Shown here: positions 1-10,432 of the stretch, one piece after another
Numbering within the stretch: position 1 is the stretch's first letter
Layout: each line of letters opens with the position of its first letter
Source of the DNA: a virus
Taxonomy: Duplodnaviria; Caudoviricetes
DNA length: 64,000 nucleotides
IMG/VR virus record: IMGVR_UViG_3300032007_000009
Reading direction: 5' to 3' (one strand)
Made by a program: the position numbers and the translations under genes
Notes under the pieces: generated by a model
What the model saw: the letters and a program-made list of their open reading frames with translations, nothing else
Database searches by the model: none
What the model was told of the DNA's origin: nothing

Positions 1-1
1 T

Positions 2-157
2 CTAGAACTGGAGAATGATGAAGACTTTTCTGCGTTTAATCATCATAATACATTTAATCTTCATAAAGAAGATATTTATATGAATGAATGGTTTAATGGA
101 GATACTTGGGATGAATCAAATGATAGTTATGAATATTTAGAAATCAAAGTTGGATAA
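2..157 (+). CDS. Partial hypothetical protein (5' truncated by window edge)
   Basis: Open frame LELENDEDF...LEIKVG ending TAA at 155-157. Confidence 0.6.
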   Translation, partial: LELENDEDFSAFNHHNTFNLHKEDIYMNEWFNGDTWDESNDSYEYLEIKVG

Positions 158-158
158 T

Positions 159-440
159 ATGTTAAGTAAGACAAATTCAATTTCATGTGGTCCGTATGTA
201 TTTCAACCAACGAAATATGATGATAATGGGGATTTATATTGTATGATTGTCAAAAGACATACATATACAGATAAAAGAACTAAACATACGTTCGTAAATG
301 ATAAATGTAAATTGACAGGACTATACAAATTTGATGAAAATAAATTTGAAATCATTTATACGACTCCTGAATTTATGAATAGAGGACATAAGAAATTACT
401 AAATTGGTTTTTGAAACAATATGATTGGTACGTAGAATAA
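159..440 (+). CDS. Hypothetical protein
   Basis: ORF track 150..440; ATG at 159 directly after the upstream stop is the likelier start. Confidence 0.6.
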   Translation: MLSKTNSISCGPYVFQPTKYDDNGDLYCMIVKRHTYTDKRTKHTFVNDKCKLTGLYKFDENKFEIIYTTPEFMNRGHKKLLNWFLKQYDWYVE

Positions 441-481
441 TAATTAAATAATATAAGTTAAACAATTAAAATTTATAAAGT

Positions 482-1033
482 ATGAAGAAATTTATTTTTA
501 GTTTTTTGTTTTTGATTTTGTGCTTGACTTGTAATGCACAAATTAACTTTACAAATATGTCAGATGTTGTTCAATGTAATTTGAGTAAAAATGAAATTTA
601 TTCAAATATTATGCAAAATTGGACAAATTTAAACGGAGCAAATCAAAAAGGAATTAATTCTCTTGATTATTGTGATAAAGACGCAGGCGTAATTAATATT
701 AAAACAAAAATTTATTTAGGATGGCATAAAGTTAATATGTTATATGGATATAATGGTTATGCTAATTCAATAATTACATATAGAATTAAAGATAATAAAT
801 ATAAAGTAACATTGGTAACAAATACAGTTACATTTGAATGGTCTGCAGAATCAAATCCAGAATCAGAAACAGTTGATATTAAAGAGCTTTATCCAAAATA
901 TATTGCAAAAACTAAATTATATTATATTAAAAAATCATCAAATGATTTAGTATTAGAAAAAATGCCAAATATTATGAATACTTATTTTAATTTATGTAAA
1001 ACGTTACATATCAATAATGAAGATGATTTTTAA
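482..1033 (+). CDS. Secreted protein, DUF4468-like (Bacteroidota type)
   Basis: Signal peptide MKKFIFSFLFLILCLTCNAQ; SKNEIY...W, DKDAGVI and IKDNKYK pattern. Confidence 0.55.
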   Translation: MKKFIFSFLFLILCLTCNAQINFTNMSDVVQCNLSKNEIYSNIMQNWTNLNGANQKGINSLDYCDKDAGVINIKTKIYLGWHKVNMLYGYNGYANSIITYRIKDNKYKVTLVTNTVTFEWSAESNPESETVDIKELYPKYIAKTKLYYIKKSSNDLVLEKMPNIMNTYFNLCKTLHINNEDDF

Positions 1034-1045
1034 CATAAATATAAC

Positions 1046-1076
1046 AAAGGAGACCTATTTAAATAGGTCTCTTTTT
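1046..1076. terminator. Bidirectional intrinsic terminator
   Basis: GAGACCTATTT/AAATAGGTCTC palindrome with A/T tails between convergent genes. Confidence 0.8.
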
Positions 1077-1079
1077 ATA

Positions 1080-3554
1080 TTAATTATCTAATTCTGAAAT
1101 TGGTTTAATTTTATCTGTATAATTTGATAAATAAGTTTCAGTTTTATAATATTGTAATGATTCATCAGGAACATATATTTGTAAATTATCATTATTTGAA
1201 TTAATAAATATATCATTATTTATAACACAATCAGTACTACGTAATATAAATTTTAAATTTTCATTATGTCCTTCAAATACATAATCATTTATATATTTTA
1301 CAGATGAAGGTATATCAATTAAAGTTAATGATGAGCAATTATTAAATGTAAAATCATTTATTATATTAACAGAATTAGGTATATTTATTGATGTTAAAGA
1401 ATAACAATCAGAAAATACACTTCCTCCTATTGATGTAACAGAATTAGGTATATTTATTGATGTTAAAGAATAACATTGATAAAATGCACTTTGTCCAATT
1501 GATGTTACAGAATTAGGTATATTTATTGATGTTAATGATGTACATCCTTCAAATGCACTTTGTCCAATTGATGTTACAGAATTAGGTATATTTATTGATG
1601 TTAATGATGTACATCCTTCAAATGCGTAATCTCCAATTGATGTTACAGAATTAGGTATGTTAATTGATGTCAATGATGTACATCTACGAAATACACCTTC
1701 TCCAATTGATGTAACAGAATTAGGTATATCTATTGATGTTAATGATGTACATACATAAAATACATAATTACCTATTGATGTTACAGAATTAGGTATGTTA
1801 ATTGATGTCAATGATGTACATCTACAAAATACACTATTACCAATTGATGATACTGAATTACCTAATGTTACTGATGTTAATGAAGTACATCCTTCAAATG
1901 CTTCCCACCCAATTGATGTTACAGAATTAGGTATGTTTATTGATGTTAATGAAGTACATTCATAAAATGCACCTTCTCCTATTGATGTTACAGAATTAGG
2001 TATATCAATTGAAATTACATATCTTGCATAATTTTCATCAAATAATTTATCAATTACTGTTAATTTATGATTAAATATAATTTTTCCAATTCCGTTTTCA
2101 AATGTATGTAATATATTGTTTTCATTAATAAAATTTTTATTTATATCTAATTTTATACGAGCTGTATATGTTATAGTATTATATTCATTTTCAATAAATT
2201 CATATTCTGAAGTTTCTGGTTCTGAATATTCTGAAATTGGTTTAATTTTATCTGCATAATTTGATAAATAAGTTTCGGTTTTATAATATTGTAATGATTC
2301 ATCAGGAACATATATTGATATTAAAGAATAACAATCAGAAAATGCATAATCTCCAATTGATAATAATGAATTACCTAATGTTACTGATGTTAATGATGTA
2401 CAATCAGAAAATGCATAATCTCCAATTGATGTAACAGAATTAGGTATATCTATTGATGTTAATGATGTACAATTACTAAATGCTCCAGAACCAATTGCTG
2501 ATACTGAATTACCTAATGTTACTGATGTTAATGATGTACATCCAGCAAATGCTTCCCACTCAATTGATGTAATTAATGTTTTTGAAATATCAATAGTTTT
2601 AGCTTCAGAAAGATATTTTGGTAATCTTATTATATTATTTTCACAAAGTATTTTACCAATTCCATTTTCAAATGTGTGTATAATATTACCACCAAAATTT
2701 GAATATAATTTATATTCAATATCATCAACATTAATATTTAGTTTTTCATCAGATGTATAAGTTATAGTATTATATTCAGTTTCTGTAATATTATCTGGAA
2801 TATCATCATTTAATATTGTATAATTGTTTGAATGTTGATATAAATCTTCTAAAGAATTAAATGTATTACCAACATTCTTACCAAATATTTTTTTATTATC
2901 TTCTAAAGTATATTGAGATCTACATGAGTCTTTAATATATACATAATTTGGATATAATGAATATAAAGAATTATTTTTAAATTGTATATTATCTCCTATT
3001 ATAATTAATTTTATATTACTTGAATTACTAAATGTAGAAAATGCATAAGGTTCTATTAGTTCAATTGAATTTCCAATATAAACATATTTTAAATATGAAG
3101 AACATTCAGCAAATGAAAAACTTTTAATATATTTAACTGAATCTGGTATAATAATATAACTTAATAATTTACATCCATAAAATGCCTGTTCTTCAATTGA
3201 TATAATAGATTTTGGTAAATTAATTGATTTTAATGATATACAATCTTTAAATGCTTTTGGTGGTATATATGTAACATTATTATCAAATACTATTTTACCA
3301 ATATTATTTGAATGTGTATGATAAATAATATTTGCACCAAAATTTTTATTTTGTAGTTCTATTTTTTTAAATGAATTATACGTTATTGTATTATATTCAT
3401 TTTCTATTACTGGTTGTATTGGTTGTGTTGGTTCTGAATTATTAATTATATTTTCATATTCTTCGTCTGAAATATTTATAGTTTGATTTTGTTTATTTTT
3501 ATAATTTTGTACCATCTTTAACCATAAATATTGAGATCTATTAATTGTTTTCAT
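1080..3554 (-). CDS. BspA-type (LRR_5) leucine-rich repeat protein, three-module architecture
   Basis: Many 23-aa repeats [23 protein letters not shown]; three EYNTITY...IGKI module heads; [12 protein letters not shown] caps. Confidence 0.9.
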   Translation of the reverse strand: MKTINRSQYLWLKMVQNYKNKQNQTINISDEEYENIINNSEPTQPIQPVIENEYNTITYNSFKKIELQNKNFGANIIYHTHSNNIGKIVFDNNVTYIPPKAFKDCISLKSINLPKSIISIEEQAFYGCKLLSYIIIPDSVKYIKSFSFAECSSYLKYVYIGNSIELIEPYAFSTFSNSSNIKLIIIGDNIQFKNNSLYSLYPNYVYIKDSCRSQYTLEDNKKIFGKNVGNTFNSLEDLYQHSNNYTILNDDIPDNITETEYNTITYTSDEKLNINVDDIEYKLYSNFGGNIIHTFENGIGKILCENNIIRLPKYLSEAKTIDISKTLITSIEWEAFAGCTSLTSVTLGNSVSAIGSGAFSNCTSLTSIDIPNSVTSIGDYAFSDCTSLTSVTLGNSLLSIGDYAFSDCYSLISIYVPDESLQYYKTETYLSNYADKIKPISEYSEPETSEYEFIENEYNTITYTARIKLDINKNFINENNILHTFENGIGKIIFNHKLTVIDKLFDENYARYVISIDIPNSVTSIGEGAFYECTSLTSINIPNSVTSIGWEAFEGCTSLTSVTLGNSVSSIGNSVFCRCTSLTSINIPNSVTSIGNYVFYVCTSLTSIDIPNSVTSIGEGVFRRCTSLTSINIPNSVTSIGDYAFEGCTSLTSINIPNSVTSIGQSAFEGCTSLTSINIPNSVTSIGQSAFYQCYSLTSINIPNSVTSIGGSVFSDCYSLTSINIPNSVNIINDFTFNNCSSLTLIDIPSSVKYINDYVFEGHNENLKFILRSTDCVINNDIFINSNNDNLQIYVPDESLQYYKTETYLSNYTDKIKPISELDN
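1091..2316. repeat. 89-bp direct repeat (1091-1179 and 2228-2316) encoding the LRR C-terminal cap
   Basis: Two copies differing at 2 positions. Confidence 0.9.
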
Positions 3555-3621
3555 AATTATAATATTCTATTTTTATTAAAAATAATTAATCTTTATATCT
3601 TATAAAATAATTTACATTTGA

Positions 3622-3628
3622 CTATATT
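3622..3628 (+). promoter_or_regulatory. CTATATT putative early/middle promoter element upstream of DNA polymerase
   Basis: Same heptamer precedes operon heads at 22983, 24067, 26625, 27481, 28977, 37241, 40143, 52408 and 56242. Confidence 0.55.
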
Positions 3629-3667
3629 AAATTTATAAATTTGTAAAGAAAAACACATTAAATTAAA

Positions 3668-3699
3668 ATGGGAGTTGATCCCATATCTCATTAAGAGAT
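3668..3699 (+). promoter_or_regulatory. Tandem hairpins in the DNA polymerase 5' UTR
   Basis: ATGGGA-GTTGA-TCCCAT followed immediately by ATCTC-ATTAA-GAGAT. Confidence 0.45.
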
Positions 3700-3727
3700 T
3701 TACATAAATATATTTTATTAACTTTTT

Positions 3728-6508
3728 ATGATACTTGATAGAACATGGAATAAAAAGGATCAAAAATTAACAATATCTTATATAGATAAGTTAGGTAATC
3801 GTAAATTTTTCTCCAAATATATTCATCACATTAAGTCTTATGAATATGATGCAAATGGAGAATTTCCAACATGGAATGGTAAACGCGCAAATAAAGTATT
3901 TAAAGATACTTTAAATTATACTCCAAATGAGTTTGATATTTTGGAATTTATGTATGAATTACCAAAAGAATTAAATTCTGAAATGCATGCTCAATATTTT
4001 CCAAAACTTTACACGTTTGATATAGAAACCGAAATTAGTTCAGAATTCCCAGACCCAAATAAAGCAGAACAAAAAGTAACTGCTATATCTTTAGTTGGGC
4101 CTGATTTGTCATGTATTGTTTATGGACTTCATAAACTTAATGATGATCAAATTGCATTATTTAAGAAAAGATATTTAGATTGGATTCAAGAAAATGAATT
4201 CGCAAGAGATTTTGTTAAATCTCAAGGAAAAGAACCAAAAGTATTATATCAGTATTTTGCTACTGAGGAGGAAATGTTAACTCATTTCTTTACAGTGATT
4301 ATTCCAAAGATAGGTTGTTTAGCAGGATGGAATAGTTATGGATTCGACTGGTGTTATTTAGTTAATCGTATTAAACGTTTGTTTGGACAAAATGTTGCAA
4401 TGAATATGATTCGTAAGGCTTCTCCAACTGGTGAAATTAAACAATATAGTTGGGAAGAAGTTGGTGGTGAAAAGAAAAGATGTCCAGGCCCATGTCATTC
4501 AATTATTTTGGATTATATGGAAATCGTAAAAGGATATGATTATATATTAAGACCTTATGAATCTTATTCTTTAGATTGGGTAGGTAATGCTGCAGTTAAA
4601 GCTCATAAGATTAAATATCAAGGAACTTTGCAAGACTTATATGAACGAGACCCAGAATGGTATTATTTCTATAATGCTGTCGATAGTCTTATCACAATGT
4701 TGATTCATTATAAGTTGAAATCAATTGAATCTCCTTGTGCTGTATCGTCAGTAACATTGGTTCCATTACAAGCAGCATTTGGACAGGTTGCATTAGGTAC
4801 TGCAAATGTATTTGAAGAGTTCTATAATAAAGGAATGAAAGTTGTATGGGACTATGATTCAATTGAAAGAACAAAGATTCCATACGAAGGTGCATTTTGT
4901 GGTTGTGTCCCAGGCCGATATGAATTTACAGTTTGTTTTGACTTTGCATCGCTTTATCCATCTCAGGTAAGAACTTGTAATTTGTCATTTGAGAACTTCT
5001 ATGAAAATAAAGTTGGTCCTGATAGTTTTGGTAGATATACAACAATGAAATGGACTGAAGCAGATCTTGAAAGATTTAGAAAAGATCCAAATTACTTTGT
5101 TACTGTTATGGGTAATGTATATAAGAATGATCAAGACTATGCATTCCGTCGTATTCAAGCAAACCTTAAAGTATTGCGTGATAAATACAAATATACAGGA
5201 CAGAGAATTGAAGCAGAATTGATAGTTGAAATTGATAATATCTTAAAGCATAATAATGAACATATAACATTCCATCAAGATATTATTGATTTGATTAAAG
5301 ATAAATTTAATAAGGTTCAAGAGGATCTTTATAATATGTCTGAAGATGAACTTAAGAAATTTAGAGTTGAATGTGAAGATCTTCGTCACGAATATTCATT
5401 GCTTGAGCTTGCACATAAGGTCTTGATGAATGGTTTGTATGGAGCATGTGCTAATCAATTCTTCTTCTTCTTTAATGCTTCTCTTGCTGCAGATATTACA
5501 GGTGAGTGCCGTCAATTGACAAAAGGTATGTGGCATAATCTTGAAGAATGGTTCCATGAAGGTATCTGGGAACGTAAAGATCTTTGGGAGAAGTTTGAAT
5601 TTGCTCTTGATGAATCAAAGCATGATTGGTTTAGAAAACAAACTGTAAGCTGCTATAGTGATACAGATTCAGTTTATGTAACATTTGGCAATTTCTTTAA
5701 GTGTATGACTCCAGAATATAGGAAGTTATATGATACAGAACGTAAGAAAGTTGATTGGGTATTAAAATATTGTAAGGAATTCCAAGATAAACTTAATAAT
5801 AAGTGGTGTGAAGAAATGTATAATCCTCGTCATGGTAAGAATGTTCATGAGTTTGAATTGGAGACAATATCTTATGCACAAATTTGTATTAAAAAGAAAA
5901 AGTATCTTAAAGGATATGCATTCGTTAAAGGAAAATATTATGATGAACCAAAAGTATCGGGTACAGGTATAGAATTGATTAAATCAACAACTCCTAAACT
6001 TTGTAGAACAATACTTAAAGATCTTATGAATAGTCTTATGTTTGACTATCATGAAGAAAATAGAACTGAATATATTATGTCATTTAATAATAAAATTCAG
6101 GAATATAGAAAACAATTTTATAAAGCACCTATTGAAGATATATCACAATCTGTAGGAGTCGGTGATTATAAGAAATATGTAATAAATGATAAAGGGATAT
6201 TAGAATTAGGAAAACAATGTCCTGTATCAGTTCAAGCTATTGCAAGATTTAATTATTTGGCAAATAAGAATAATGAAAGTAATAAATGTCAGTATTCTGG
6301 AAAAATTAAATATTATAATATTCGTATTAACGAAAAACAAGAAGGTTATTTCGGATTCCCTGCTGGTGAATTACCTTCATGGGCACCACAAATGGATAAA
6401 TTAACACAATGGCAAAAAACTGTAATTGATCCTATTAATAGATTTTTGGAAGTTATGGATATTCCAAAAGTAAATGCATCAAATACAGTTCAATTATCAT
6501 TATTCTAA
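3728..6508 (+). CDS. Family B DNA polymerase with 3'-5' exonuclease (gp43-like)
   Basis: ExoI FDIETE, ExoII GWNSYGFD, ExoIII YNAVD, motif A DFASLYPS, motif B KVLMNGLYG, motif C YSDTDS; C-terminal QLSLF. Confidence 0.97.
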   Translation: MILDRTWNKKDQKLTISYIDKLGNRKFFSKYIHHIKSYEYDANGEFPTWNGKRANKVFKDTLNYTPNEFDILEFMYELPKELNSEMHAQYFPKLYTFDIETEISSEFPDPNKAEQKVTAISLVGPDLSCIVYGLHKLNDDQIALFKKRYLDWIQENEFARDFVKSQGKEPKVLYQYFATEEEMLTHFFTVIIPKIGCLAGWNSYGFDWCYLVNRIKRLFGQNVAMNMIRKASPTGEIKQYSWEEVGGEKKRCPGPCHSIILDYMEIVKGYDYILRPYESYSLDWVGNAAVKAHKIKYQGTLQDLYERDPEWYYFYNAVDSLITMLIHYKLKSIESPCAVSSVTLVPLQAAFGQVALGTANVFEEFYNKGMKVVWDYDSIERTKIPYEGAFCGCVPGRYEFTVCFDFASLYPSQVRTCNLSFENFYENKVGPDSFGRYTTMKWTEADLERFRKDPNYFVTVMGNVYKNDQDYAFRRIQANLKVLRDKYKYTGQRIEAELIVEIDNILKHNNEHITFHQDIIDLIKDKFNKVQEDLYNMSEDELKKFRVECEDLRHEYSLLELAHKVLMNGLYGACANQFFFFFNASLAADITGECRQLTKGMWHNLEEWFHEGIWERKDLWEKFEFALDESKHDWFRKQTVSCYSDTDSVYVTFGNFFKCMTPEYRKLYDTERKKVDWVLKYCKEFQDKLNNKWCEEMYNPRHGKNVHEFELETISYAQICIKKKKYLKGYAFVKGKYYDEPKVSGTGIELIKSTTPKLCRTILKDLMNSLMFDYHEENRTEYIMSFNNKIQEYRKQFYKAPIEDISQSVGVGDYKKYVINDKGILELGKQCPVSVQAIARFNYLANKNNESNKCQYSGKIKYYNIRINEKQEGYFGFPAGELPSWAPQMDKLTQWQKTVIDPINRFLEVMDIPKVNASNTVQLSLF

Positions 6509-6514
6509 ACAAAC

Positions 6515-6545
6515 AAAAGGTATACTATAAAAGTATACCTTTTTT
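6515..6545. terminator. Bidirectional intrinsic terminator
   Basis: AAAAGGTATACT-ATAAA-AGTATACCTTTT. Confidence 0.8.
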
Positions 6546-6570
6546 ATATTAAATTAATTTATTTTATTTA

Positions 6571-7212
6571 TTAATCACCTGTTTCAAAACCACCACTACT
6601 TACTTTACTAAAATATTTTGTAACTACTTCACTTAGTTTTTCATCTTTAATAGCAATTGCCTTTATAACTGTACTAGTATTTAATGTAATTGATTCATTA
6701 TATAAAGTACTTTCTGAATTAGGTTCAGTATTATCTATTGTATAATAAATATTTGCTCCTTCAGGACCACTAATTGTTACTTGTGTTGTTCCAGTAAATT
6801 CAGTTTCACCACTTATTATTGGAGCTTCAATAGTTTCTACTTCAACCTCTGCGGTTGATCCTGTTGCTCCAGTAGCTCCAGTTGGTCCTTGTGGTTCAGT
6901 TACTCCAGTTACACCTGTTGCTCCAGTTGGTCCTTGTGGTTCAGTTACTCCAGTTACACCAGTAGCTCCAGTTGGTCCTTGTGGTTCAGTTACTCCAGTT
7001 ACACCTGTTGCTCCAGTTGGTCCTTGTGGTTCAGTTACTCCTTCTGATGTAGTACTTGGTGTATTAGCAGCACCTGCAGGAACATACCAATCATTTGCAG
7101 CCATTGTAGCATCATATCTTGTTAAACCAGTTGCTGCGGTGAATTTTTCTTCATCAGTCATACCAGAAGTTTGAACTCCCATTATTTCTAGTCTTTCTTC
7201 TATTCTACTCAT
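6571..7212 (-). CDS. Virion-surface/fibre-associated protein with 15-aa tandem repeats and a C-terminal Fn3-associated (CHB_HEX_C-like) Ig-like domain
   Basis: About 4x [15 protein letters not shown]; APIIS...VTIS...[10 protein letters not shown]...LY...IKAIAIK. Confidence 0.7.
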   Translation of the reverse strand: MSRIEERLEIMGVQTSGMTDEEKFTAATGLTRYDATMAANDWYVPAGAANTPSTTSEGVTEPQGPTGATGVTGVTEPQGPTGATGVTGVTEPQGPTGATGVTGVTEPQGPTGATGATGSTAEVEVETIEAPIISGETEFTGTTQVTISGPEGANIYYTIDNTEPNSESTLYNESITLNTSTVIKAIAIKDEKLSEVVTKYFSKVSSGGFETGD

Positions 7213-7282
7213 TTTTATTTAATGTTATATTTCTATATAATTAATAATAAATATTTATTTAATTTAAATTATGTTTTTTACT

Positions 7283-7313
7283 AAAATAGGATATCCGAAG
7301 ATATCCTATTTTT
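7283..7313. terminator. Intrinsic terminator
   Basis: AAAATAGGATATC-CGAA-GATATCCTATTTT. Confidence 0.8.
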
Positions 7314-7330
7314 ACATAGATATTTTATTT

Positions 7331-10300
7331 TTAAGCACCTGTAGCACCTGTAGCACCATTTTCAAGTGTAGTAATTCTACCTTCAAGATAATTAATGTAT
7401 GCAACCAATGATTCATATGTTAATGATGAATTATTAGTTAAATTAGATAATACACCAATTCTAGAATTCAAATCAGTTAAAGCAGTTGCAACAACTTCTT
7501 CATTATCAATAACGTCTTCCTTAAGTGCATATTGATTTAATACTGAATCATCAAATGTACCTGTATCACCCTTTGGACCAGTTGCACCTTGAGCACCAGT
7601 ATCACCCTTTGGACCAGTTGCACCTTGAGCACCAGTATCACCCTTTGGACCAGTTGCACCTTGAGCACCAGTATCACCCTTTGGACCAGTTGCACCATCA
7701 GCACCAGTATCACCTTTGATACCTGTTACTTCCCCATGTTCACTAATCCAATCAGCAATTTCTTTTAATGTATCTAATTCTTCAGGAGCAGCCCCAACTA
7801 AATCTTCTATCTTTTGATCAACATAACCAGTTGTAGCATAATTAGCTAATGCAGATGAATCAAATGTACCTGTATCACCCTTAGGACCTTGAGGACCAGT
7901 TGCACCAGTATCTCCCTTAGGACCAGTTATACCTTGTGCACCTGTATCACCTTTTGCTCCAGTATCACCCTTTGGACCAGTTGCACCAGTATCTCCCTTT
8001 GGACCAGTTGCACCATCAGCACCAGTATCACCCTTTGGACCTTGTGGACCAGTTGGACCTTGTGGACCAACTACACCTTCTCCACCTTCTACACTACCTA
8101 GTATTTCTTGTACTTTTTCATCTACATATCCTGTTGTAGCATAATTAGCTAATGCAGATGAATCAAATGTTCCTGTATCACCTTTTGGACCTTGTGGACC
8201 AGTTGCACCAGTATCACCCTTAGGACCAGTTATACCTTGTGCTCCAGTATCACCTTTAGCACCATCAGCACCTGTATCACCCTTTGGACCTTGTGGACCA
8301 GTTGCACCAGTATCACCCTTAGGACCTTGTGCTCCAGTATCACCCTTAGGACCAGTTATACCTTGTAAACCTGTATCTCCTTTAGGACCTTGTAAACCTG
8401 TATCACCCTTAGGACCTTGTGGACCAGTATCACCTTTAGCACCATCAGCACCTGTATCACCCTTAGGACCTTGTGGACCAGTATCACCTTTAGCACCATC
8501 AGCACCTGTATCACCCTTAGGACCTTGTGGACCAGTATCACCTTTAGCACCATCAGCACCTGTATCACCTTTGATACCTGTTACTTCACCATGTTCGGAT
8601 ACCCAGTCAGCAATTTCTTTTAATGTATCTAATTCTTCAGGAGCAGCCCCAACTAAAGCTTCTATCTTTTGATCAACATAACCAGTTGTAGCATAATTAG
8701 CTAATGCAGATGAATCAAATGTACCAGTATCACCCTTTGGACCTTGTTCACCAGTGTCTCCCTTAGGACCTTGTGCACCATCAACGCCTTGACGTCCGTC
8801 AGTACCTTTTAATGATTCAAGCCATTCTTCTTGTGATAATGCATCTTTAACAAATTCAATTCTGAAATCTTCGATGTTTGCAAGTAATTCATTACCTTCA
8901 ACAGAATCAGTAAATTGTGTTAAACCTAAATCTTCAGGAATACTAATTAAACCATAAGTACGATCCACAAATACACCAGTACCTTGAGCATTAGCATCAG
9001 TTTGTTCAACCTTATCAGATGGTTTCCAGGTAAGTTTTTCTTCTCCTTGATAATAAACTTTAATAGTTGTCTTACCATCGAAGTTATGATTAATTACCAA
9101 CCATGGGAACCAATGTGGTCCGTATGGAGGCCATGTTTCACCATCGTGAGAAGCTTCAGATAAGTTATTGTTATAATAATCTTCTAATTGATTATGACGA
9201 GCTTCATTAAAATTAGTATGATCAACTATTATAGCATTGTTATATATTGAAACTAATAAATCAAGATATAATTCATAAGCAGATTTACCATCAGCGCCTG
9301 CAGCACCAGTATCTCCTTTTTCACCTTGAAGACCTTGAGCACCAGTTTCACCTTTAAGAGAAGCAATCCATTCTTCTTCAGATAATGCTTTTACTTCTTC
9401 TTGAGCTTCTTGTATTAATTCAACAGTTACCCATATATCAATAGGATCATTTTCTAAAGTATATAATTGAATTGGATCATTTGTTGCTAAAGCAGTAGCA
9501 ATATTGAATTGTTGACCAACGAAATCAGTAGCATTAGGATCTGTTGAATTATTTGAAATTACTTCAATAGTTGCACCACCTGCACGCATTTCAATTACCT
9601 TAGCTTGACCTTCACCATATTTAACTTCTTTATTAGAATTGTTCCAAGATTCAAATGCATAAATAGTAGGTTGAGCTTCTTGTTCATTTACTGTATCTTT
9701 ATAAATATCATATGCAGATTTACCATCAGCACCTGCAGCACCAGTGTCACCCTTTGGACCTTGTGTTCCAGTTTCACCACTAATTTGAGGAAGATTATTG
9801 ATTCTTTCATCTAAATCAGCTAACGCAGTTGCAGTTACGCGTGAAGCTTCTTCAAAATCTTCAATACTAACTTTTTCAGAAATTGTTTGTAATAAACTAT
9901 CTAATGCATTATCATTTTCAGATAATTTAGATGCAATTTCTTCCAAAGTGTCGAGTGCTGCAGGAGCAGCACCAACAACACTCTGTATAGCATTTTGAAC
10001 ATCAGTAGCAGTTTGGAACTGACTTATAGATTCTGCTAATGTATCTAATGCAGTTTTTGTTGCATAACGTTCATCAGCATCAGCAGTTCTTAAAGCATAA
10101 TCTTTAATGAAACCTAATAAGTTTTTAACTGTTTCTAATGTTTCTAATTGATCTTCATCTAAACTAGCAGTACCATTACCAATATTATTTTTAATCCAAC
10201 TAATTAATTGACCAGTTGTATTAATAATAGTATTTTCATCAATTTCCATCCCATTCCAATCAATGCTTACTGCATCAACAATAGGATTACCTTTACCTGC

Positions 10301-10405
10301 AGCAATTTTACCTTCTGAGCTATTGGTGATTTTTCCACCAATCATTGTAGCTGCACCCAAATTAATATTTGTAAAATTAATACCGTTTTGATTTAATGAT
10401 ACCAT
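7331..10405 (-). CDS. Collagen-like tail fibre/whisker protein
   Basis: Long G-X-Y runs ([10 protein letters not shown]); repeated [21 protein letters not shown]...EEWIASLKG and [18 protein letters not shown] fibre motifs. Confidence 0.85.
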   Translation of the reverse strand: MVSLNQNGINFTNINLGAATMIGGKITNSSEGKIAAGKGNPIVDAVSIDWNGMEIDENTIINTTGQLISWIKNNIGNGTASLDEDQLETLETVKNLLGFIKDYALRTADADERYATKTALDTLAESISQFQTATDVQNAIQSVVGAAPAALDTLEEIASKLSENDNALDSLLQTISEKVSIEDFEEASRVTATALADLDERINNLPQISGETGTQGPKGDTGAAGADGKSAYDIYKDTVNEQEAQPTIYAFESWNNSNKEVKYGEGQAKVIEMRAGGATIEVISNNSTDPNATDFVGQQFNIATALATNDPIQLYTLENDPIDIWVTVELIQEAQEEVKALSEEEWIASLKGETGAQGLQGEKGDTGAAGADGKSAYELYLDLLVSIYNNAIIVDHTNFNEARHNQLEDYYNNNLSEASHDGETWPPYGPHWFPWLVINHNFDGKTTIKVYYQGEEKLTWKPSDKVEQTDANAQGTGVFVDRTYGLISIPEDLGLTQFTDSVEGNELLANIEDFRIEFVKDALSQEEWLESLKGTDGRQGVDGAQGPKGDTGEQGPKGDTGTFDSSALANYATTGYVDQKIEALVGAAPEELDTLKEIADWVSEHGEVTGIKGDTGADGAKGDTGPQGPKGDTGADGAKGDTGPQGPKGDTGADGAKGDTGPQGPKGDTGLQGPKGDTGLQGITGPKGDTGAQGPKGDTGATGPQGPKGDTGADGAKGDTGAQGITGPKGDTGATGPQGPKGDTGTFDSSALANYATTGYVDEKVQEILGSVEGGEGVVGPQGPTGPQGPKGDTGADGATGPKGDTGATGPKGDTGAKGDTGAQGITGPKGDTGATGPQGPKGDTGTFDSSALANYATTGYVDQKIEDLVGAAPEELDTLKEIADWISEHGEVTGIKGDTGADGATGPKGDTGAQGATGPKGDTGAQGATGPKGDTGAQGATGPKGDTGTFDDSVLNQYALKEDVIDNEEVVATALTDLNSRIGVLSNLTNNSSLTYESLVAYINYLEGRITTLENGATGATGA

Positions 10406-10432
10406 AATTTATATTATCTTATATTTAATTTT

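Noticed and set aside
1370-2010. Regularly spaced repeats resembling a CRISPR array
   Set aside because: 69-bp in-frame LRR coding units with no unique spacers and no cas genes.
1091-2316. 89-bp duplicate as a DGR TR/VR pair
   Set aside because: Both copies are coding, there are only two mismatches (one not at an adenine on the coding strand), and no RT is nearby.
7525-8623. Alternative-frame and antisense ORFs (7525, 7889, 7936, 8356, 8417)
   Set aside because: Shadows of the G-X-Y collagen repeats, with repetitive nonsense translations.
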